Part shown: positions 55,101 to 64,000 of the stretch, one piece after another | Numbering within the stretch: the first letter of the stretch is position 1 | How the letters are laid out: each line of letters begins with the position of its first letter | Source: Auanema rhodensis | Taxonomy: Eukaryota > Animalia > Nematoda | NCBI GenBank assembly: GCA_964057225.1 | Contig: OZ059897.1 | Location: 21,204,001-21,268,000, forward strand | Direction of reading: 5' to 3' | Length of the DNA: 64,000 bases | Position numbers and translations under genes: made by a program | The notes under the pieces: generated by a model | The model's input: the letters and a program-made list of their open reading frames with translations, nothing else | Databases searched by the model: none | Told to the model about the DNA's origin: nothing

Positions 55101-58100
55101 ACTACATTAAGAAACGCTTAATACGAAAATTAGTTATGATCGTTTGAAAAATGATGCATTAGTGTATGTTGAGTTTCCATGTACACTCAACATTGCTTCC
55201 AAAAACATTTTGACAAAAATTTTTTCGAAAAATTTCGAAATAATTTAGCAAAAAGTAGATGTTTTTAGATTTCATTTTTCAAGGCAAAGACGATAGACAA
55301 TGTTATTCAACGAAAAAATTAATTCTTCAGGGTGAAAATCGAGGATATAAGTGTGAACTGATATCAGTTGATATCTCGGTGCATTTTCAAGCTAGCGCAA
55401 ATCTGATAACACAGATCGACGCAGCTTAAAAATCCGCATCGAATGCACTATACTACATTGAGAAACGCTTAATACAAAAATTAGTTATGATCGTTTGAAA
55501 AATGATGCATTAGTGTATGTTGAGTTTCCATGTACACTCAACATTGCTTCCAAAAACATTTTGACAAAAATTTTTTCGAAAAATTTCAAAATAATTTAGC
55601 AAAAAGTAGATGTTTTTAGATTCCTTTTTTCAAGGCAAAGACGATAGACAATGTTATTCAACGAAAAAATTAATTCTTCAGGGTGAAAATCGAGGATATA
55701 AGTGTGAACTTATATCAGTTGATATCTCGGTGCATTTTTAAGCTAGCGCAAATCTGATAACACAGATCGACGCAGCTTAAAAATTCGCATCGAATGCACT
55801 ATACTACATTGAGAAACGCTTGATACAAAAATTAGTTATGATCGTTTGAAAAATGATGCATTAGTGTACGTTGAGTTTCCATGTACACTCAATATTGCTT
55901 CCAAAAACATTTTGACAAAAATTTTTTCGAAAAATTTCAAAATAATTTAGCAAAAAGTAGATGTTTTTAGATTCCTTTTTTCAAGGCAAAGACGATAGAC
56001 AATGTTATTCAACGAAAAAATTAATTCTTCAGGGTGAAAATCGAGGATATAAGTGTGAACTGATATCAGTTGATATCTCGGTGCATTTTCAAGCTAGCGC
56101 AAATCTGATAACACAGATCGACGCAGCTTAAAAATCCGCATCGAATGCACTATACTACATTGAGAAACGCTTAATACAAAAATTAGTTATGATCGTTTGA
56201 AAAATGATGCATTAGTGTATGTTGAGTTTCCATGTACACTCAACATTGCTTCCAAAAACATTTTGACAAAAATTTTTTCGAAAAATTTCGAAATAATTTA
56301 GCAAAAAGTAGATGTTTTTAGATTCCAATTTTCAAGGCAAAGACGATAGACAATGTTATTCAACGAAAAAATTAATTCTTCAGGGTGAAAATCGAGGATA
56401 TAAGTGGGAACTTATATCAGTTGATATCTCGGTGCATTTTTAAGCTAGCGCAAATCTGATAACACAGATCGACGCAGCTTAAAAATCCGCATCGAATGCA
56501 CTATACTACATTGAGAAACGCTTAATACAAAAATTAGTTATGATCGTTTGAAAAATGATGCATTAGTCTATGTTGAGTTTCCATGTACACTCAACATTGC
56601 TTCCAAAAACATTTTGACAAAAATTTTTTCGAAAAATTTCAAAATAATTTAGCAAAAAGTAGATGTTTTTAGATTCCATTTTTCAAGGCAAAGACGATAG
56701 ACAATGTTATTCAACGAAAAAATTAATTCTTCAGGGTGAAAATCGAGGATATAAGTGTGAACTTATATCAGTTGATATCTCGGTGCATTTTTAAGCTAGC
56801 GCGAATCTGATAACACAGATCGACGCAGCTTAAAAATCCGCATCGAATGCACTATACTACATTGAGAAACGCTTAATACAAAAATTAGTTATGATCGTTT
56901 GAAAAATGATGCATTAGTGTATGTTGAGTTTCCATGTACACTCAACATTGCTTCCAAAAACATTTTGACAAAAATTTTTTCGAAAAATTTCAAAATAATT
57001 TAGCAAAAAGTAGATGTTTTTGATTCCTTTTTTTAAGGCAAAGACGATGGACAATGTTATTCAACGAAAAAATTATTTCTTCAGGGTGAAAATCGAGGAT
57101 ATAAGTGTGAACTTATATCAGTTGATATCTCGGTGCATTTTTAAGCTAGCGCAAATCTGATAACACAGATCGACGCAGCTTAAAAATCCGCATCGAATGC
57201 ACTATACTACATTAAGAAACGCTTAATACAAAAATTAGTTATGATCGTTTGAAAAATGATGCATTAGTGTATGTTGAGTTTCCATGTACACTCAACATTG
57301 CTTCCAAAAACATTTTGACAAAAATTTTTTCGAAAAATTTCAAAATAATTTAGCAAAAAGTAGATGTTTTTAGATTCCATTTTTCAAGGCAAAGACGATA
57401 GACAATGTTATTCAACGAAAAAATTAATTCTTCAGGGTGAAAATCGAGGATATAAGTGTGAACTTATATCAGTTGATATCTCGGTGCATTTTTAAGCTAG
57501 CGCAAATCTGATAACACAGATCGACGCAGCTTAAAAATCCGCATCAAATGCACTATACTACATCGAGAAACGCTTAATACGAAAATTAGTTATGATCGTT
57601 TGAAAAATGATGCATTAGTGTATGTTGAGTTTCCATGTACACTCAACATTGCTTCCAAAAACATTTTGACAAAAATTTTTTCGAAAAATTTCAAAATAAT
57701 TTAGCAAAAAGTAGATGTTTTTAGATTCCTTTTTTTAAGGCAAAGACGATGGACAATGTTATTCAACGAAAAAATTATTTCTTCAGGGTGAAAATCCAGG
57801 ATATAAGTGTGAACTTATATCAGTTGATATCTCGGTGCATTTTTAAGCTAGCGCAAATCTGATAACACAGATCGACGCAGCTTAAAAATCCGCATCGAAT
57901 GCACTATACTACATTAAGAAACGCTTAATACGAAAATTAGTTATGATCGTTTGAAAAATGATGCATTAGTGTATGTTGAGTTTCCATGTACACTCAACAT
58001 TGCTTCCAAAAACATTTTGACAAAAATTTTTTCGAAAAATTTCGAAATAATTTAGCAAAAAGTAGATGTTTTTAGATTTCATTTTTCAAGGCAAAGACGA

Positions 58101-59657
58101 TAGACAATGTTATTCAACGAAAAAATTAATTCTTCAGGGTGAAAATCGAGGATATAAGTGTGAACTGATATCAGTTGATATCTCGGTGCATTTTCAAGCT
58201 AGCGCAAATCTGATAACACAGATCGACGCAGCTTAAAAATCCGCATCGAATGCACTATACTACATTGAGAAACGCTTAATACAAAAATTAGTTATGATCG
58301 TTTGAAAAATGATGCATTAGTGTATGTTGAGTTTCCATGTACACTCAACATTGCTTCCAAAAACATTTTGACAAAAATTTTTTCGAAAAATTTCAAAATA
58401 ATTTAGCAAAAAGTAGATGTTTTTAGATTCCTTTTTTCAAGGCAAAGACGATAGACAATGTTATTCAACGAAAAAATTAATTCTTCAGGGTGAAAATCGA
58501 GGATATAAGTGTGAACTTATATCAGTTGATATCTCGGTGCATTTTTAAGCTAGCGCAAATCTGATAACACAGATCGACGCAGCTTAAAAATTCGCATCGA
58601 ATGCACTATACTACATTGAGAAACGCTTGATACAAAAATTAGTTATGATCGTTTGAAAAATGATGCATTAGTGTACGTTGAGTTTCCATGTACACTCAAT
58701 ATTGCTTCCAAAAACATTTTGACAAAAATTTTTTCGAAAAATTTCAAAATAATTTAGCAAAAAGTAGATGTTTTTAGATTCCTTTTTTCAAGGCAAAGAC
58801 GATAGACAATGTTATTCAACGAAAAAATTAATTCTTCAGGGTGAAAATCGAGGATATAAGTGTGAACTGATATCAGTTGATATCTCGGTGCATTTTCAAG
58901 CTAGCGCAAATCTGATAACACAGATCGACGCAGCTTAAAAATCCGCATCGAATGCACTATACTTCATTGAGAAACGCTTAATACAAAAATTAGTTATGAT
59001 CGTTTGAAAAATGATGCATTAGTGTATGTTGAGTTTCCATGTACACTCAACATTGCTTCCAAAAACATTTTGACAAAAATTTTTTCGAAAAATTTCGAAA
59101 TAATTTAGCAAAAAGTAGATGTTTTTAGATTCCAATTTTCAAGGCAAAGACGATAGACAATGTTATTCAACGAAAAAATTAATTCTTCAGGGTGAAAATC
59201 GAGGATATAAGTGGGAACTTATATCAGTTGATATCTCGGTGCATTTTTAAGCTAGCGCAAATCTGATAACACAGATCGACGCAGCTTAAAAATCCGCATC
59301 GAATGCACTATACTACATTGAGAAACGCTTAATACAAAAATTAGTTATGATCGTTTGAAAAATGATGCATTAGTCTATGTTGAGTTTCCATGTACACTCA
59401 ACATTGCTTCCAAAAACATTTTGACAAAAATTTTTTCGAAAAATTTCAAAATAATTTAGCAAAAAGTAGATGTTTTTAGATTCCATTTTTCAAGGCAAAG
59501 ACGATAGACAATGTTATTCAACGAAAAAATTAATTCTTCAGGGTGAAAATCGAGGATATAAGTGTGAACTTATATCAGTTGATATCTCGGTGCATTTTTA
59601 AGCTAGCGCAAATCTGATAACACAGATCGACGCAGCTTAAAAATCCGCATCGAATGC
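49132..59657. repeat. Higher-order repeat family of variable period (6 to 9 monomers) carrying a 350-bp monomer; boundaries approximate
   Basis: A 1-bp deletion (TTTTT-GATT) at 49654, 51759, 53864 and 57022 is each time preceded by GCGCGAATC. AATCCAGG occurs at 52534, 54990 and 57797. GTGGGAAC occurs at 56407 and 59214 (2807 = 8x351-1). Confidence 0.85.
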
Positions 59658-62600
59658 ACTATACTACATCGAGAAACGCTTAATACAAAAATTAGTTATG
59701 ATCGTTTGAAAAATGATGCATTAGTGTATGTTGAGTTTCCATGTACACTCAACATTGCTTCCAAAAACATTTTGACAAAAATTTTTTCGAAAAATTTCAA
59801 AATAATTTAGCAAAAAGTAGATGTTTTTAGATTCCTTTTTTTAAGGCAAAGACGATGGACAATGTTATTCAACGAAAAAATTATTTCTTCAGGGTGAAAA
59901 TCGAGGATATAAGTGTGAACTTATATCAGTTGATATCTCGGTGCATTTTTAAGCTAGCGCAAATCTGATAACACAGATCGACGCAGCTTAAAAATCCGCA
60001 TCGAATGCACTATACTACATTAAGAAACGCTTAATACGAAAATTAGTTATGATCGTTTGAAAAATGATGCATTAGTGTATGTTGAGTTTCCATGTACACT
60101 CAACATTGCTTCCAAAAACATTTTGACAAAAATTTTTTCGAAAAATTTCGAAATAATTTAGCAAAAAGTAGATGTTTTTAGATTCCATTTTTCAAGGCAA
60201 AGACGATAGACAATGTTATTCAACGAAAAAATTAATTCTTCAGGGTGAAAATCGAGGATATAAGTGTGAACCTATATCAGTTGATATCTCGGTGCATTTT
60301 CAAGCTAGCGCAAATCTGATAACACAGATCGACGCAGCTTAAAAATCCGCATCGAATGCACTATACTACATTGAGAAACGCTTGATACAAAAATTAGTTA
60401 TAATCGTTTGAAAAATGATGCATTAGTGTATGTTGAGTTTCCATGTACACTCAACATTGCTTCCAAAAACATTTTGACAAAAATTTTTTCGAAAAATTTC
60501 AAAATAATTTAGCAAAAAGTAGATGTTTTTAGATTTCTTTTTTCAAGGCAAAGACGATGGACAATGCTATTCAACGAAAAAATTAATTCTTCAGGGTGAA
60601 AATCGAGGATATAAGTGTGAACTTATATCAGTTGATATCTCGGTGCATTTTTAAGCTAGCGCAAATCTGATAACACAGATCGACGCAGCTTAAAAATCCG
60701 CATCGAATGCCTTATACTACATCGAGAAACGCTTGATACAAAAATTGGTTATGATCGTTTGAAAAATGATGCATTAGTGTATGTTGAGTTTCCATGTACA
60801 CTCAACATTGCTTCCAAAAACATTTTGACAAAAATTTTTTCGAAAAATTTCAAAAAAATTTAGCAAAAAGTAGATGTTTTTAGATTCCTTTTTTCAAGGC
60901 AAAGACGATAGACAATGTTATTCAACGAAAAAATTAATTCTTCAGGGTGAAAATCGAGGATATAAGTGTGAACTGATATCAGTTGATATCTCGGTGCATT
61001 TTCAAGCTAGCGCAAATCTGATAACACAGATCGACGCAGCTTAAAAATCCGCATCGAATGCACTATACTACATTGAGAAACGCTTAATACAAAAATTAGT
61101 TATGATCGTTTGAAAAATGATGCATTAGTGTATGTTGAGTTTCCATGTACACTCAACATTGCTTCCAAAAACATTTTGACAAAAATTTTTTCGAAAAATT
61201 TCAAAATAATTTAGCAAAAAGTAGATGTTTTTAGATTCCTTTTTTCAAGGCAAAGACGATAGACAATGTTATTCAACGAAAAAATTAATTCTTCAGGGTG
61301 AAAATCGAGGATATAAGTGTGAACTGATATCAGTTGATATCTCGGTGCATTTTCAAGCTAGCGCAAATCTGATAACACAGATCGACGCAGCTTAAAAATC
61401 CGCATCGAATGCACTATACTACATTGAGAAACGCTTAATACAAAAATTAGTTATGATCGTTTGAAAAATGATGCATTAGTGTATGTTGAGTTTCCATGTA
61501 CACTCAACATTGCTTCCAAAAACATTTTGACAAAAATTTTTTCGAAAAATTTCGAAATAATTTAGCAAAAAGTAGATGTTTTTAGATTCCAATTTTCAAG
61601 GCAAAGACGATAGACAATGTTATTCAACGAAAAAATTAATTCTTCAGGGTGAAAATCGAGGATATAAGTGGGAACTTATATCAGTTGATATCTCGGTGCA
61701 TTTTTAAGCTAGCGCAAATCTGATAACACAGATCGACGCAGCTTAAAAATCCGCATCGAATGCACTATACTACATTGAGAAACGCTTAATACAAAAATTA
61801 GTTATGATCGTTTGAAAAATGATGCATTAGTGTACGTTGAGTTTCCATGTACACTCAACATTGCTTCCAAAAACATTTTGACAAAAATTTTTTCGAAAAA
61901 TTTCAAAATAATTTAGCAAAAAGTAGATGTTTTTAGATTCCATTTTTCAAGGCAAAGACGATAGACAATGTTATTCAACGAAAAAATTAATTCTTCAGGG
62001 TGAAAATCGAGGATATAAGTGTGAACTTATATCAGTTGATATCTCGGTGCATTTTTAAGCTAGCGCAAATCTGATAACACAGATCGACGCAGCTTAAAAA
62101 TCCGCATCGAATGCACTATACTACATCGAGAAACGCTTAATACAAAAATTAGTTATGATCGTTTGAAAAATGATGCATTAGTGTATGTTGAAATTCCATG
62201 TACACTCAACATTGCTTCCAAAAACATTTTGACAAAAATTTTTTCGAAAAATTTCAAAATAATTTAGCAAAAAGTAGATGTTTTTAGATTCCTTTTTTTA
62301 AGGCAAAGACGATGGACAATGTTATTCAACGAAAAAATTATTTCTTCAGGGTGAAAATCGAGGATATAAGTGTGAACTTATATCAGTTGATATCTCGGTG
62401 CATTTTTAAGCTAGCGCAAATCTGATAACACAGATCGACGCAGCTTAAAAATCCGCATCGAATGCACTATACTACATTAAGAAACGCTTAATACGAAAAT
62501 TAGTTATGATCGTTTGAAAAATGATGCATTAGTGTATGTTGAGTTTCCATGTACACTCAACATTGCTTCCAAAAACATTTTGACAAAAATTTTTTCGAAA

Positions 62601-63869
62601 AATTTCGAAATAATTTAGCAAAAAGTAGATGTTTTTAGATTCCATTTTTCAAGGCAAAGACGATAGACAATGTTATTCAACGAAAAAATTAATTCTTCAG
62701 GGTGAAATTCGAGGATATAAGTGTGAACCTATATCAGTTGATATCTCGGTGCATTTTCAAGCTAGCGCAAATCTGATAACACAGATCGACACAGCTTAAA
62801 AATCCGCATCGAATGCACTATACTACATTAAGAAACGCTTGATACAAAAATTAGTTATAATCGTTTGAAAAATGATGCATTAGTGTATGTTGAGTTTCCA
62901 TGTACACTCAACATTGCTTCCAAAAACATTTTGACAAAAATTTTTTCGAAAAATTTCAAAATAATTTAGCAAAAAGTAGATGTTTTTAGATTTCTTTTTT
63001 CAAGGCAAAAACGATGGACAATGCTATTCAACGAAAAAATTAATTCTTCAGGGTGAAAATCGAGGATATAAGTGTGAACTTATATCAGTTGATATCTCGG
63101 TGCATTTTTAAGCTAGCGCAAATCTGATAACACAGATCGACGCAGCTTAAAAATCCGCATCGAATGCCTTATACTACATCGAGAAACGCTTGATACAAAA
63201 ATTGGTTATGATCGTTTGAAAAATGATGCATTAGTGTATGTTGAGTTTCCATGTACACTCAACATTGCTTCCAAAAACATTTTGACAAAAATTTTTTCGA
63301 AAAATTTCAAAATAATTTAGCAAAAAGTAGATGTTTTTAGATTCCATTTTTCAAGGCAAAGACGATAGACAATGTTATTCAACGAAAAAATTAATTCTTC
63401 AGGGTGAAAATCGAGGATATAAGTGTGAACTTATATCAGTTGATATCTCGGTGCATTTTTAAGCTAGCGCAAATCTGATAACACAGATCGACGCAGCTTA
63501 AAAATCCGCATCGAATGCACTATACTACATTGAGAAACGCTTGATACAAAAATTAGTTATGATTGTTTGAAAAATGATGCATTAGTGTATGTTGAGTTTC
63601 CATGTACACTCAACATTGCTTCCAAAAACATTTTGACAAAAATTTTTTCGAAAAATTTCGAAATAATTTAGCAAAAAGTAGATGTTTTTAAATTCCTTTT
63701 CTTAAGGCAAAGACGATGGACAATGTTATTCAACGAAAAAATTAATTCTTCAGGGTGAAAATCGAGGATATAAGTGTGAACTTATATCAGTTGATATCTC
63801 GGTGCATTTTTAAGCTAGCGCAAATCTGATAACACAGATCGACGCAGCTTAAAAATTCGCATCGAATGC
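58956..63869. repeat. Higher-order repeat: 7 monomers (2457 bp) x~2; last monomers diverge
   Basis: GTGGGAAC at 59214/61671 and AATGCCTTATAC at 60711/63168 (2457 apart). AATTGGTT, CAATGCTATT and TTATAATCG recur at the same spacing. Confidence 0.88.
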
Positions 63870-64000
63870 ACTATACTACATTGAGAAACGCTTAATACAC
63901 AAATTAGTTATGATCGTTTGAAAAATGATGCATTAGTGTATGTTGAGTTTCCATGTACACTCAACATTGCTTCCAAAAACATTTTGACAAAAATTTTTTC

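Larger units (their letters stand above)
1..64000. repeat. Tandem satellite DNA array, 351-bp monomer, 182 full copies + 131-bp partial, head-to-tail, extends beyond both window edges
   Basis: ACTATACTAC recurs at 1, 352, 3511, 7021, 14041, 21061, 28081 and 35101 (all 1+351n). The last monomer starts at 63870 = 1+182x351-13, matching the 13 deleted bases counted individually. No non-repeat sequence seen. Confidence 0.99.

Noticed and set aside
1-64000. CRISPR array or repeat-spacer system
   Set aside because: No unique spacers; the entire unit is repeated and no cas-like coding sequence is present.
1-64000. Assignment to a named insect satellite of similar length (e.g. Drosophila 1.688 family or Tribolium satellites)
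   Set aside because: Only length and AT content are similar; I cannot recognise sequence identity without a search.
1-64000. Pure assembly or concatemer artefact
   Set aside because: Variants are shared in ordered, nested, regionally restricted patterns, unlike random read error or identical pasted copies. Individual duplications still need read support.

Overview
The whole window is one uninterrupted head-to-tail tandem array (satellite DNA) of a 351-bp, AT-rich monomer (113/351 = 32% GC in the first copy). It holds 182 complete monomers (1-63869) plus a 131-bp partial copy. I found no genes, RNA genes, mobile-element insertions, inversions or unique sequence, and all six reading frames are closed in the monomer. 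Copies differ at only a few positions, and net length change over the array is -13 bp from 7 indel sites. The structure worth attention is of three kinds. (i) The monomer carries several dyad symmetries, including a ~67-nt foldback and a 14-bp perfect palindrome, and common variants toggle which dyad is perfect. (ii) Shared variants reveal local higher-order repeats with periods of 2, 3, 5, 6, 7 and 8 monomers. (iii) Variants are spatially layered, with an older-looking seam at ~46.6-48.8 kb. The organisation is typical of eukaryotic (peri)centromeric or heterochromatic satellite. I cannot assign the species or satellite family from the sequence alone. Monomer positions quoted below count from the A of ACTATACTAC at window position 1.
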